Source of the DNA: Macrostomum lignano
Taxonomy: Eukaryota
Reading direction: 5' to 3'
Assembly (NCBI GenBank): GCA_002269645.1
Contig: NIVC01001357.1
Location: 62,001-126,000, forward strand
DNA length: 64,000 nt
Shown: piece after piece, positions 25,303 to 36,900 of the stretch
How the letters are laid out: each line of letters opens with the position of its first letter
Numbering within the stretch: the stretch's first letter is position 1
Notes under the pieces: generated by a model
Told to the model about the DNA's origin: nothing
What the model saw: the letters and a program-made list of their open reading frames with translations, nothing else
Databases searched by the model: none
Program-made: the position numbers and the translations under genes

Positions 25303-27300
25303 GACTAACTAACTAACTAACTGACTAACTAACTAACTAACTAACTAGCTAACTAACTAACTAACTAACAAGCTAGTTACCTAACTAATATATTAACTAA
25401 CTGTTCAATTAACTAACAAATAACTAATACTCTATGCACGTCTTACCAAGTGGAAACTAAAATATTTGCCAATGCAGTCCCTTGACAATTTATTGTTTAA
25501 CGCTAAGTGAATCTCTTTAAATCTGTGTTTATTTGTTTAGTGGCAAAATTAGGCCAGTTAATGGCTTGGACAGCCGCAGGTATTTTTATAACCTAAAGCA
25601 AAGCGCCGGGCACAGAGGCAGGGGAGTAGGGGGCGGATTGGGGTCAACTGCTCTCGCCACTCCCGCAGTCCAGTCAAGTTCGCTGAGTGCAATGGGCAAA
25701 GGTAGGCCGGAGGTGTGAATAGGGATACTTTGACCGATATATACTACTAGCAGCGGTAAGTATAGCTTTATTCTGGAAGGAATATATTAATAAATACAAT
25801 TCTTTATTGCTCGATATATAAGGGGCCAATACTTTCACTAGCTGGGAGCTAGGTCTGAAAACCAATTAAACAGATTGGATAATATAAAGGTTATGGTTGA
25901 TTAACTTTGCTGACTACAAAGTGTTCGGATTATGAAGTTAGGGGGTCATAGAATTAGGAGATTATGGAGAAGGGAATCATGAGGAGAGATAGAAGCAGGG
26001 GATTATGAAGTAGTTTATTATGAAGCAGGGGATTATGAATTAGGGGATTATGAAGTAGGGGATTCTGAAGTCGGGGATTCTGAAGTCGGGGACTATGAAG
26101 CAGGGGATTATGAAGTAGAGGATTATGAAGTAGGAGATCATGAAGCAAGGGATTATGAAGTAGGGGATTATGAAGTAGGGGATTATGAAGCAGGGGATTA
26201 TGAAGTAGGGGATTATGAAGCAGGTGATCATGAAGCAAGTGATTATGAAGTAGTTTATTATGAAGCAGGGGACTATGAAGCAGGGGATTATGAAGTAGGG
26301 GATCATGAAGCAAGGGATTATGAAGTAGGGGATTATGAAGTAGGGGATTATGAAGTAGGGGATTATGAAGTAGGGGATTATGAAGTAGGGGATTATGAAG
26401 TAGGGGATTATGAAGTAGGGAATTATGAAGTAGGGGATTATGAAGCAGGGGATTATGAAGCAGGTGATTATGAAGTAGGGGATTATGAAGTAGGGGATCA
26501 TGAAGCAAGGGATTATGAAGTAGGGGATTATGAAGTAGGGGATCATGAAGCAAGGGATTATGAAGTAGGGGATTATGAAGTAGGGGATTATGAAGTAGTT
26601 TATTATGAAGCAGGGGATTATGAAGCAGGGGATTATGAAGTAGTTTATTATGAAGCAGGGGATTATGAAGCAGGGGATTATGAAGTAGGGGATTATGAAG
26701 CAGGTGATCATGAAGCAGAGGATTATGAAGCAGTTTATTATGAAGCAGGGGATTATGAAGCAGGGGATTATGAAGCAGTTTATTATGAAGCAGGGGATTA
26801 TGAAGCAGGGGATTAGGAAGCTTGCTGCTTGAGTTTCAGGACCATTAAGTTTGGGGAATACGAATATTATGTACTATGAGGTAAACTCACTCAACAAGCC
26901 GACAAGCTGAGTAGGAGCCGCTGTTAGACCCGCTAGCGGAATCATCTAACAGAGTTTCCCTGATTGTCACCCGTTTGCGCAGCACCCGAGGGCCGCCGCC
27001 AATGCTTGAGCGCAGCGCACTCCTGCCAGGCGGCGGCAGGGGCGGCGGCGGCGGCGCAGGTGGAGGCGGTGGCGGCAGCCGAACAATCGCCGAGGTTGGC
27101 GTCACAGCCGGCGTGTTGCACGGCGGCTCCGTGGCCGAGCGGCACCAGCCGTTGCTGTCAGCCGATGCGGCCGGCGCTAGCAGCAGCGGAGGCGTCGACG
27201 TCAAATAAGGCGGCTGCGGCGACGGCAACGCAGCCGACGTAGACGACGCAGAGGTCAGGCCGAGCGGCCTCGACGGTGGGCTATCAGCGCCGTGCGCCAT
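11140..27300 (-). CDS. wnk: WNK (with-no-lysine) Ser/Thr kinase, ~1238 aa; complement exons 27300-26891, 24917-24026, 23580-23315, 20572-20243, 19427-18884, 18272-17768, 17229-16642, 16341-16252 (tentative), 11231-11140 (tentative)
   Basis: Subdomain I GEGAYKRVYRG carries the relocated Lys and subdomain II is IAWCEL (Cys at the usual Lys position), the WNK hallmark. Also HRDLKPEN, KIGDFGLAT and YMAPE, plus a post-kinase PF2/CCT-like segment (FRLVVND...GFEFQLDCFIDEDLENVVNSF). All junctions are GT-AG with matching phases (2,0,2,2,0,1,1,1), and the summed length of 3717 nt is divisible by 3. The terminal exon encodes an RFxV motif. The last two exons are less certain. Confidence 0.88.
11595..12895. 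repeat. 21-bp G-rich minisatellite (GGGATTGGGATTCTCAGATTC and variants) in the last WNK intron
   Basis: Directly visible; explains pseudo-ORFs at 11531-12937. Confidence 0.96.
13550..14525. repeat. 23-bp minisatellite (GGAGTGATTCTCAACCATACACG), ~42 copies
   Basis: Directly visible, highly homogeneous. Confidence 0.97.
15040..16085. repeat. 36-bp minisatellite with a homogeneous block (GTTGCTAAGAGATAGTAGTATCCAAGGTGAGTTCCT x10, 15104-15480) grading into more diverged GGGAAATCCCTGTTGCTAAGTGATATTAGTATCCAA units
   Basis: Directly visible. Confidence 0.95.
16430..16612. repeat. 24-bp minisatellite (ACACACCCATGACCAATGCTCCCT), ~7 copies, next to the WNK exon 7 donor
   Basis: Directly visible; gives the REHWSWVC tail of ORF 16463-17281. 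Confidence 0.92.
17285..17720. repeat. 50-bp minisatellite (ATCCCACATTGGGATAAAATGGGGATCAATGGGAGCTAAGAGTCATTGAA), ~8.5 copies, WNK intron 6
   Basis: Directly visible. Confidence 0.94.
18330..18860. repeat. 38-bp minisatellite (GATTAGCAATCCATTCTATCCCTAATCCACATGGGCTA), ~14 copies, WNK intron 5
   Basis: Directly visible. Confidence 0.95.
19490..20228. repeat. CTAG-rich 22/28-bp minisatellite (GACTAGATGCAAACTAGATACT / GATGACTAGATGCAAACTAGATCTAGAT), WNK intron 4
   Basis: Directly visible. Confidence 0.95.
20770..21380. repeat. ~28-31-bp degenerate minisatellite (ATTTAGAAACACGATGAAACAAAGACTC), WNK intron 3
   Basis: Directly visible. Confidence 0.9.
22420..23250. repeat. 16-bp minisatellite (GAAGATTCGGGTTGGT), ~50 copies, WNK intron 3
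   Basis: Directly visible. Confidence 0.95.
23600..23985. repeat. 15-bp minisatellite (GGGATTCTAGGGATT/GGGATTTTAGGGATT), WNK intron 2
   Basis: Directly visible. Confidence 0.92.
25040..25185 (+). repeat. Dispersed hairpin-forming repeat, copy A (internal stem partly deleted)
   Basis: GGCGCAGAGAGTGTACATGCC..AGAAAGTCAAGGCCGCTGTACACCCTGTGTGAGCG matches copies at ~44590-44720 (-), ~45420-45620 (-) and ~59690-59805 (+). Confidence 0.8.
25190..25420. repeat. (CTAA)n/(CTGA)n tetranucleotide microsatellite
   Basis: Directly visible. Confidence 0.95.
25960..26822. repeat. 15-bp minisatellite (TAGGGGATTATGAAG), ~56 copies, WNK intron 1
   Basis: Directly visible; explains the PLLHN/IIPYF pseudo-ORFs. 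Confidence 0.96.
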
Positions 27301-27899
27301 CTTACATGAAGACTGCAACATTACAAATTTGGGCTGCTATATTCGCTAGTAAGCTACTGTCAGTAGGCTAAATTGAATGAATATTATATTCTACATTTCT
27401 ACGTCTCTTGAAGTCATAAAATCAAACTGTTTGAAAAAAATATTCACTTTAAAACCAGCAATGTCAAGCCGACTGTTAAAGTTCTGGCAAGGCTTGATTT
27501 GGCCCACTCATCTAATTAATAAAGTTTAGCAAATTAATATGCAAACTAATTGCTCGCAAGCCAGTTAGAATACGAAGTTAATGAGAAAGGAACAGCGACA
27601 GAACGAGACACCCTGGAGAAGCCCTGGATCATACATCATTACCCACAGACACCTAGCAGCCTAGACCGGACCCCAGTCAGGAAGTCGGCAATATTAAAAT
27701 GCTCATTTTTCCCGAAAGCCTGCCACAAGGGTAATGCAATTAAGCTAAGGCGAACGAATTGCTTTGCTAAACAGTTAAGACATGGGGTCTTAGCCAAGTC
27801 ACGTGGGCGAGCGCTTGTACCAAATTTGTGGCACGTAGCTGTAAAATTAGAGAATATTTATTTGTCGTCTAGCGAACTGGAGAACTACTCAGTGCTTTC

Positions 27900-28885
27900 T
27901 GCGGGACTAGCAGACTGAGATATCTCAACTATGGGATTTTTTCTACGAGACTAGAGGACTCAAATATCTTAATTATGGGATTCTCTCTGTGGGACTAGCA
28001 GACTGAGATATCTCAACTATGGGATTTTTTCTAGGAGACTAGAGGACTCAAATATCTTAATTATGGGATTCTCTCTGTGGGACTAGCAGACTGAGATATC
28101 TCAACTATGGGATTTTTTCTACGAGACTAGAGGACTCAAATATCCCAACTATGGGATTCTCTCTGTGGGACTAGCGGACTCAAATATCCCAACTATGGGA
28201 TTCTTTCTGCGGGACTAGCGGACTCAAATATCCCAACTATGGGATTCTTTCTGTGGGACTAGCAGACTGAGATATCTCAACTATGGGATTTTTTCTACGA
28301 GACTAGAGGACTCAAATATCCCAACTATGGGATTCTCTCTGTGGGACTAGCGGACTCAAATATCCCAACTATGGGATTCTTTCTGCGGGACTAGCGGACT
28401 CAAATATCCCAACTATGGGATTCTTTCTGCGGGACTAGCGGACTCAAATATCCCAACTATGGGATGCTTTCTGCGGGACTAGCGGACTGAAATATCTCAA
28501 CTATGGGATGCTTTCTGCGGGACTAGCGGACTGAAATATCTCAACTATGGGATGCTTTCTGCGGGACTAGCGGACTGAAATATCTCAACTATGGGATGCT
28601 TTCTGCGGGACTAGCGGACTGAAATATCTCAACTATGGGATGCTTTCTGCGGGACTAGCGGACTGAAATATCTCAACTATGGGATGCTTTCTGCAGGAAT
28701 AGCGGACTGAAATATCTCAACTATGGGATGCTTTCTGCAGGAATAGCGGACTGAAATATCTCAACTATGGGATGCTTTCTGCGGGACTAGCGGACTGAAA
28801 TATCTCAACTATGGGATGCTTTCTGCGGGACTAGCGGACTGAAATATCTCAACTATGGGATGCTTTCTGCAGGACTAGCGGACTC
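27900..28885. repeat. 44-45-bp minisatellite (GGGACTAGCGGACTCAAATATCCCAACTATGGGATTCTTTCTGC), ~22 copies with dimeric higher-order units at the left end
   Basis: Directly visible; lies upstream of the first WNK coding exon (acceptor ttgcag at 27313), so probably in a 5'UTR intron. Confidence 0.95.
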
Positions 28886-31023
28886 ACATTTAACAAATTC
28901 TCTAGTGTGAATTATCAAACTCAATTCTTTCAACTCATTTTTAAACGGGGACAACTTCAATTTTGAACTAGTAAAAATTAAAATAGAATTACGCCGTACT
29001 AATTGAACGACACTACGAAAGATTCCCACTGAGTATTTCGTACAAAAAAACTGCTAACTTAATAGTTCATTTAAAACAGAGGATAGATTGCATATTATAC
29101 GTGATATAAACCATATGGTGCAAAATTTTATTTTAGTTATAAAATCGTTACGAAGGCGCACGCAGTGGCAGTCTGCCAGCCAGTAAGCTGAGCACTATGC
29201 TCTATGCCTATGCGTACAGAATCTGAAATCAGCAGCCGCCACCACGCGGCAATTAATTTCATCGGATCCTGCTAGCCCTCGGCACAGATCCAGCCCAGAG
29301 GCTTGCCCCCCCCCCAACCAGCTGATGGATCGATCAGCTCTGTCTGCCTGCTGCTACCGGAGCGCTTCTAAAGGCCGTTCTCTGCAGGCTATCCAAAACT
29401 GACTGATTAAAACAGTTCAGTTCTCCACAACACGGCGCGGAACATAATGACTAACAGCTACTGGTGTACTTTTAAAAAGTACCGCAGCAACCAACTCTTT
29501 AGTGCGTCTGTTTCCTCACTCTACCTCTGTTGCCATTGGCATGCGTGAATGAGCTTTTGACTTTTGGCATGCACTATTTGGCTAGCTAAGCCATGCAGTC
29601 GACGACTGAACACCCGAAACAATAATTAAAAAGCAATGGTTGCGAGAGTGAGCATTGGTAATCCAGGCAAGGCGAGTTGGCAGCGTGCAATGCACACGGC
29701 GACTGGCCCTCCTTCCCCTGGCTATTCAATTGCGAGGTTCCGAAACCACCTGCTTATCGGGTAACGTCTAACAGATTTAGTAAGGAGAGTTTGCGGACAG
29801 TACAAGTCAACTACGCTCTCAGTGTATAGCTTAATTCTGGTCGCACACGTAGCAACAATAATTTCGGAGTGTGGAAGCTCCGGCTAGATTGAGCTGAGCT
29901 CTGCTGACTCTCTCCGGACACTATTCTATCTCGGGACTCAAGACAAAATGCGAGGTTCCTTCTTGACAACCGATACAGAACAAATTGGATATCTTGGGAC
30001 CCACGATGAGCGCAAAGGAAGCAAAGCTGCTATCTTGCAAAACGCTTCGGAACCTTCTAGTCTCGAAATCACAAATAAGATCCAAAAGAAAGACTTGACA
30101 CCGATTTGCTATCTCAGAATCCACAACTGTAAACTACTACTCGAACGAGACACGGGCGTACCTACGTGTCAGGCAAAAATTAAAAGAGGCAAGCGGCTAA
30201 ATGTCAGCAGCAAAATTTGTTTAAAGAAAATAGACTGTCACCCATACGGCTAGGAGAGTTAAACAATTTTCTTGCATAAACAAAAAACCAATACCACTGC
30301 AGCTTAAGCCTACCTTACACAACAGAAACCAATCACGTGTAGTTTTGAGGAATCCCACGAGGACGGGAGGACAGAAAGTTCGCTGGAACTAAAATGTCAC
30401 TAGAGGAAGCGCGCTGATGCCAGATGGAGAGAAAACGCACGGAAACAAATAGAAAATTGCTGCCAAACCAAAACTGCGCTATTGCGTTGCGAATGCTCAG
30501 CAGTATTCATGCACTGGCAAATTCTACGGAGTCAAACTACAAGCTCGTAATAGCACTGCGAATTGGTAGAAACCCGAAACCAGCTAGCATAATAGTGCGC
30601 ATAACGGCAGGACTACGCGACTCGCAGTAACGAACAAGCGGTTGCCTGGGTTGCAAATAGGAGAGTAAATGCAGCTCGATCAACGAATTTCCTAACAATT
30701 ACTATCCACATACTAACATTCACAAGACCCATGCATTGAAATTTCAGACAACAGTGTTGAAGTATGCTTAAATCAATTAAGAACATTAAAAGTAAAAGTA
30801 AAAGCTCCAATTGAAAGCTCCGATTGAATTAAAAGTACATCGCTAGGGAGAAGTACCATTTTTGTCGAATCCGTTAGATCATGCGACCGCTATGGAAGCT
30901 CCTATGCTTGCTACCATGTAGAATAGTAGCTCCAACGCAGATATAAGCTAGACTAACATGCAGCTAAATGCGGAATAGCAATAGAAATACATTTATTTAT
31001 CACAAGCGCCGCTACTTGTGCCA

Positions 31024-31033
31024 CTATTTATAG
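31024..31033 (-). promoter_or_regulatory. Overlapping TATA (TATAAATA on -) / MEF2 site CTATTTATAG; candidate WNK promoter element
   Basis: Exact motif match, oriented towards WNK; no transcript evidence. Confidence 0.3.
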
Positions 31034-31303
31034 CGACTAGCCCGGCTGCCTTGTATAGCGCATACACACAATTTGTGCTAAAACACTAGTCAGCTAGCAC
31101 TGCTGTCTCTTCAGAAGTCGCCCCTCTCCTTTTTCATCTCCTGCGCAGTGAGAAAGACGCCGCACTTAATCATCAACGGTTCGAATTCGGCTTTGACTTC
31201 CGGCAAAATCGGCCTTCGGACTTTCGGATAAATTTTCTAAGCAAATAATAATCGCAATTATTACTCAGAGTGCCTGCTTTTAATGCGTAAATTTTAAATT
31301 CTA

Positions 31304-33944
31304 TTAACCCCGCCAACACTGATGGCACGCCAGGCGTGCCATGGGTCTCATTTAACCATACACTGATATATTCCTGCACGGTCACGAGTGCGGGAATGAC
31401 ATCTGCACGAGTGCGCGCTAGCGCACGAGTGCACGATGTCCTTCACGCACGAGTGAACGTGAAGGAATTCCATTGTCGGATGATTCATCGTGCAGGAATG
31501 CACAAAACCGTGCAGGAATGCATTTCTGCGCCTAATGCTTTTTCAGTGAGATTTTACCATAGACATCCATTCCTGCACGCAAAAGAGTGCAAGAATGCCA
31601 TTCTTGCATGGAAAATCAGCCGACAATGAGAATACGTGTCTATGGCCCAGATGGTTTAGCATAAATATGACTTTTCGACATCCCCATAAGTCACGGATGG
31701 CATGCTGTGCGTACCATGTTATTGTTTCGCAATTTTTTAACTATATTTGACTGCAAGTACAGGATAGATATCAAAAACTTTAAAAGCGGACAACAAAAGA
31801 ACAAAAAACAATTAGGTAAACAATATTTAAAAACTCGATGAGGCATTTAGGAGGAGCGTTTTGAATTTCGTATTCTGAACGTAATTAAGTTTTGCACCGT
31901 ACCACCAGTGCAACTACTGTGCTGCTGCAGTGTGCCAATTCTGAAAGCATGGGACAGCACACAGCCCGGGCTCTCCTGGGCAACCAGCGCATACGAACAC
32001 CGTTCTTTTGGCCACACCATTGCTGTAGCAGACTCTGCATCGCTTTGTCGGCCTTGCATTGCCATCTGTCGGCGGCAGCTTTGATGGCGCATGCTATGAG
32101 ACAGCCCTGCGCTTCGATGTATTCAAACGTTTGCCCTGGCCTGTCTGCTCCATGAGAGTGCGGATCGCAGCTTCCAAAAATTCAACGAATTTGATTTTCC
32201 TTCCTCTTTGGCAGTTGCAGATCCAGGCATTGCGGACCAACTGCAGCAAAATGTGGAACCCGAGCTTCTGGTGCCATCTGTATGTTCTTCTCCCCGCACT
32301 GTAAGGCGCTGCAGTGCTGCATCAAGGCAATCAATGCCTCCCATGTACTTATTGTACCGCAGCACCGAATTCGGCTTTAAAGCTGACTCCTCCGCTCCGC
32401 CTCGGATCACTCGCCTCACTTCTGTGCTTTCAGCAACACCGTGCGTGTTCAACAAGTACACAGTTTTGCGACCGCTTGCCTTCCTGTCTACAAGCCTGAC
32501 TGTGAGAACATCGCCGCGGCGCATCTGGGAGTGACTGACGGGTTGCAGGGGCAGCACTTTCAGCTCATTCGGCACACCTCGATTGGGGCTCACCGTCCCA
32601 GTCAGTAAACTACTGCGTTCCAGCAGAAACTGCGCCAGACGGAGCGATGTGAACCAGCTGTCACAGAAGACCTTGTGCCCCAGGTCCAGCAAATTTTTAC
32701 TCAATTCAACGACGATCTTCTCGCTCATCGACAAATTCCCGCAGTTTAATCCATCTCCAAACTTGTCGTTATCCTGCTTAACAGCATGTACATGAAAGTT
32801 CCACAGAAAACCTGTCGAAACTTCCGTCAAGCAGTAGACCTTGATGCCGAATCTGTCACGCTTGTTGGGCATGAACTGCCGGAAAATGAGCCTGCTCTTG
32901 TACATGACCAGTTTCTTCATCGACAGACACCTCTTGACTTGGGCTGTAATTTGCTTGGCAAATATCGCGGGCAATGTTAAGAAAAGGTTGAATCTTTTTC
33001 AAGGAGTCCTGGTGGTTGACCGTGGTGCAGTCGTAAAATCGAAGGAATGATAATATCTGCACAAACCGATCCCTTCCAAGGCAATGTTCTTTCTGGAAGT
33101 ATTCGCCGCCGTAGAAGTCTCCCGTGGACCAGTACATGTGCATTTCGGGCTTCTTCACAAGACACATGTACAGAACGATTGCTAGAGACTTCTTCACCTC
33201 ATTGTCGGTACACGGTCTCCAAGTTGATAGCAAATTGGGAAGAGCTCCGTCCTGATCTTCAGCTGTCAAATGTTGAAGCTCCATGTCAGCTCGGGCGTTG
33301 GTCCAGATGCGAATGGCAGACACCAGATCAGCGGTGAGAAAGTGCTGCAGATAGAATTGCACCTGGCCCATTTTACCCTCAGGAGCTTTGCTTGGATGTC
33401 TGGGTTCAGGCCAGGCACAGCGAGGAATTCGGGCAGATCGTTGAGACGCAAATCTTCACCATCTTGAGCAGCTGTCCATTCATCCTCGTTAGCGAACTCG
33501 ACTCCATGCTCAGCTACTTCCGCATTATTCTCACCATCTTCCTCGTCCAGCAACTCTCCATCGACATTCGCTGTCGCTGCCATCGCTGGTGAAAACAGGG
33601 GACCTTCCATATTGCAATTGCAGCCTTGTCAATATTGTTAACCATTTTGAGTCTTGTGTAAGTTGAATTAATTATACAGTAAAGTTCGAAAAGTTTGTGG
33701 TATCAGGAAAAATTTACTGCATGATTCTGTACTGTTTTTACCATAGACAGTTTTAAAATAAACTGTAGTATCAGTCAAGCACAAATTTTAGGACAGTTGG
33801 AACTCAATAGTTAAGTAAGCCAGTCAGTAGTCTATGGGAATTTCTTGAGCCGTTAATTGACACAGTGCTCTGTGGTAGTGGGAAAGAGATTGAAGCCCCG
33901 TGGCATGCCATCCGTCAATAAGCTCAGTGCGCTACTGGTTTTAA
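31304..33944 (-). mobile_element. piggyBac-family DNA transposon, decayed copy (~2.6 kb)
   Basis: The left end is TTAA|CCCCGCCAACACTG followed by the palindrome ATGGCACGCC-A-GGCGTGCCAT. The putative right end has a partial inverted match (CCCCGTGGCATGCCATC...CAGTG...|TTAA at 33941-33944). An internal DDD transposase is present, and the size fits piggyBac. The right boundary is uncertain. Confidence 0.8.
31914..33610 (-). pseudogene. piggyBac (PGBD4-like, DDE_Tnp_1_7-type) transposase pseudogene
   Basis: Consecutive ORFs give an acidic N-terminus, FLTADLVSAIRIWTNARA, VSVDE, YKSRLIFRQFMPNKRDRFGIKVY, VFCDSWFTSLRL, YNKYMGGIDCLD, RRTYRWHQKLGFHILLQLVRNAW and a Cys-rich tail (KRCRVCY...VCAGCPGEPGLCC..CFQNWH). 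Disrupted by about 4 frameshifts (near 33375, 32915, 32300, 31950) and an in-frame TAG near 32090. Confidence 0.92.
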
Positions 33945-36900
33945 GTAAAACCTCCCCTGCAGCCCCACAGAGCATCAGTGGCCACAATAATCCACTGGAA
34001 AAAACATACGGCTAGATTGTGGCCATATTCAGGCTTCACTTATTTATGCAACAAACTAGAGCATCAGAACGGCAGCTATATTTGTGTACTTTTGCTTAAA
34101 CTAGATCAGGCATCTTAACACGTCGGCCTCTCTATCTTCGTCTGTCCTTCATTGCGCTTTAATTATCTCTGCCCAGCTGTACTTTTCATTTGTACAGGGA
34201 AAGGAAAAGAAAAACGGATGGATAAAGGAAAGAATAAGAATGTGTTCAATCTAAACTGGTGCATCCATCAAATAATTACAGGCCGCAAGTAAGTGTTACT
34301 TCCACCTTCTATGCTTTCGCGACATTGCTAAGAACAACGGTAGGCCGATGAGGTAGGTTTACGAGAAAAAAACACGAGAGCGCCTTAGAGCAGTGAGTGA
34401 AAGGGTGAAAGTTGACGCACAGGCCAAGTCAAAATGCCTTCGTCTATAAACAGTACACTGTAGCAATCGACAGAGGAAACTAAAAGAAAGTAGCACGCCA
34501 TTTCAAATCCAGAGCCTTTATACGCCTCAAAGCATTTCTGCCCCACTCCCTAAACCACAATGCGCCCGGCTGTAATAACACGATAATCAATATTACATAT
34601 GGAAATTGAGCAGGACAACCTTCTGACTACCATATTTTTTAAATTCCTCACTCCTCCCATGCTTAACTTTGCGAATTAAACAGCGCGTCCACCCATTAGA
34701 GGCTTGAAGACGAGTTTCCTCTCATGAATAGGGAAATCCTCTGAGAAAAATCCCCCCCCCCCAAATTTAATGCAGTTGCGGCCCGCTCCGGGGCACAAGT
34801 CGATGACAAATGCATTCAGTGGGCGACAATTTCCAGATGGATACACACATACTGTATTCACACAAGCACACCAATTGTACGTGCGTTAGGGTGGGAAAGC
34901 GTGTTGGCATAGAAAATATACACACCACGTGAGTGAGAGGGAGAGAGAGAGAGAGAGAGAGGAAGAAACTCTGGGGCGGTCCAATACAAAAGACCAGGCT
35001 TAGCGGCACTGGAGGGCAAAGCTAGATCCAGAAACACACTTGACAAGTGAAAATTTCTAACAAAAAGTGCGAAGATAGACCCCGTAGCGGCCTCTCGAGC
35101 GCTCAGTTAAAGCTTATCGTGGGCAAACAGGAACTGCCAATGCGTTGCGTGTGTATAGGTGGACATGCGGAATAAAAAATGGATGAAATTCAATCAATGC
35201 CAAGCCAATATATATATTATATGATGCACTTGAGTGCGTGCACGGACCACTTATTCGACTTTTCAGGTCGCAGCCGCAGCAGCAGCAGCACCAGAGAGCA
35301 GGGAATCCCTCATAAAAGGGCCAGTTCAGTGGCCAAATAGCGCAAGTTTGCACGAGGCTGAACCCCGAAGCATTTTCAATGCACTATTAAGCTTGGATTC
35401 AGAAGTCAAATGAATCGCTACCTTAAACAAGAGAAAACTGGTCTCTCTACATTCTGTATGTTAATTATACATAAAACATTATTTTGACTTAATGCAGAGA
35501 AAGAATCATAACTCTCCATATTGCTCCGCTATTGCTCACGAGTCAGATTAACTAGTCCTTAACTTAACATTATATTCTAAAAAAGCTATGGCTTATGCGG
35601 TTTTTAAACCTATTTTTAAAAATCTACCTGCACACAAATAAAGCTACCATGCAAGCTATAGGCCCCCGAGACCTTAAATAAAATTCACATCATATTGAAA
35701 TTAGGGAGGCCAAGATCTGCAGACGAGAGTAGATTGAGGAACCAGGAAGTTACTACGCTCAAACATAGAAAGATGACAGGCTAAAAGTCGCAAGAACATG
35801 CACAGCCAGGATGATGAGGCTAGAAATGCATCAATGAAGGGTCCTGTAAGCTGCCTAGGCTACAGTAGGCTTAAGTTACCACCGCCCTATCCCAAATGCT
35901 CCTCCAAAACAGGTACAGTCAGGCACAGCCACATACGCACGCGCAGTGATGAAAAATGAAGAGCCCGTCAAGTGCAATTGTACTTTAAAGTTAGCTCTAC
36001 TGCACTGCATCAATTCTACAGCTGGGAGGGTGACACTCGCGCATTGCAAATAAATTTCCATATCACCTAAATCATTAACTAATAGATGACAGAAATAAAC
36101 AGTGAAAATGAAAGAAACATCGCACACGCAAGGTCTCTCTAGAATAAGAGCTAAGAGAATTGAGTGGGGATTTAGTATTAAGCTCAACTGTAAATGTCCG
36201 GGTTAAGCTATAGAGTATAGACTCAAGGGAGAGACGGAATCAAAAGGGATTGGAGTGGGAGTCGGGAAGGGATGAAGGGGCTGAGGAGGGAGGGAGGAGG
36301 AGGCCCTCACAGACAGGCGGCAGAAGCAAGAGAGAGGGTGAGAGAGAGAATTAGAGCCTAACAGAAGTGTCTAGGAGAAGAATGCACTCTTAGTAGCCGA
36401 GATTATGATTCAGTCTAGGGCCAGAGGGGGGGAGAGAAGGGAGAGACCTGGGGATCCCAATGCAGGGGTGGCTGGCCTGTCTAGCCAGCGATGGGGATGG
36501 GGAAGCAACTGGAGACGAAAAGAGAGGAGGGAGAGCGACAGGGGACGAGAGGAGACTGGGGGAAAAGGGCAAACTGGCTGGCTGCCTGTTTGGGTCCGAA
36601 CCGAGGACTGACACGCGCAGGCTGAGACAGAGTAGTAAGCGACGACACAGACAGACAGGGCAGACAAACTACATAATATTAGTCGGACCCAATGCATGCG
36701 AGTATGCACAAAATACAGACAGACAGACAGACAGACGCGCGCACGAAAAAACTAAAAGGGTGCAAAAAACAAGGCCAAAAAATCACAAGAACTATAGAAA
36801 GTGCTAAAGATGAAAGACGGTAGCCTGCTATGTCGAATCAGTTGGTTAGAGGATTAAAGTATTGCTAATAAAAACAAATAAAATGCCCATCTTTAAGGGC

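Noticed and set aside
25954-26711. PLLHN / IIPYF repeat ORFs
   Set aside because: Translation of the 15-bp intronic array.
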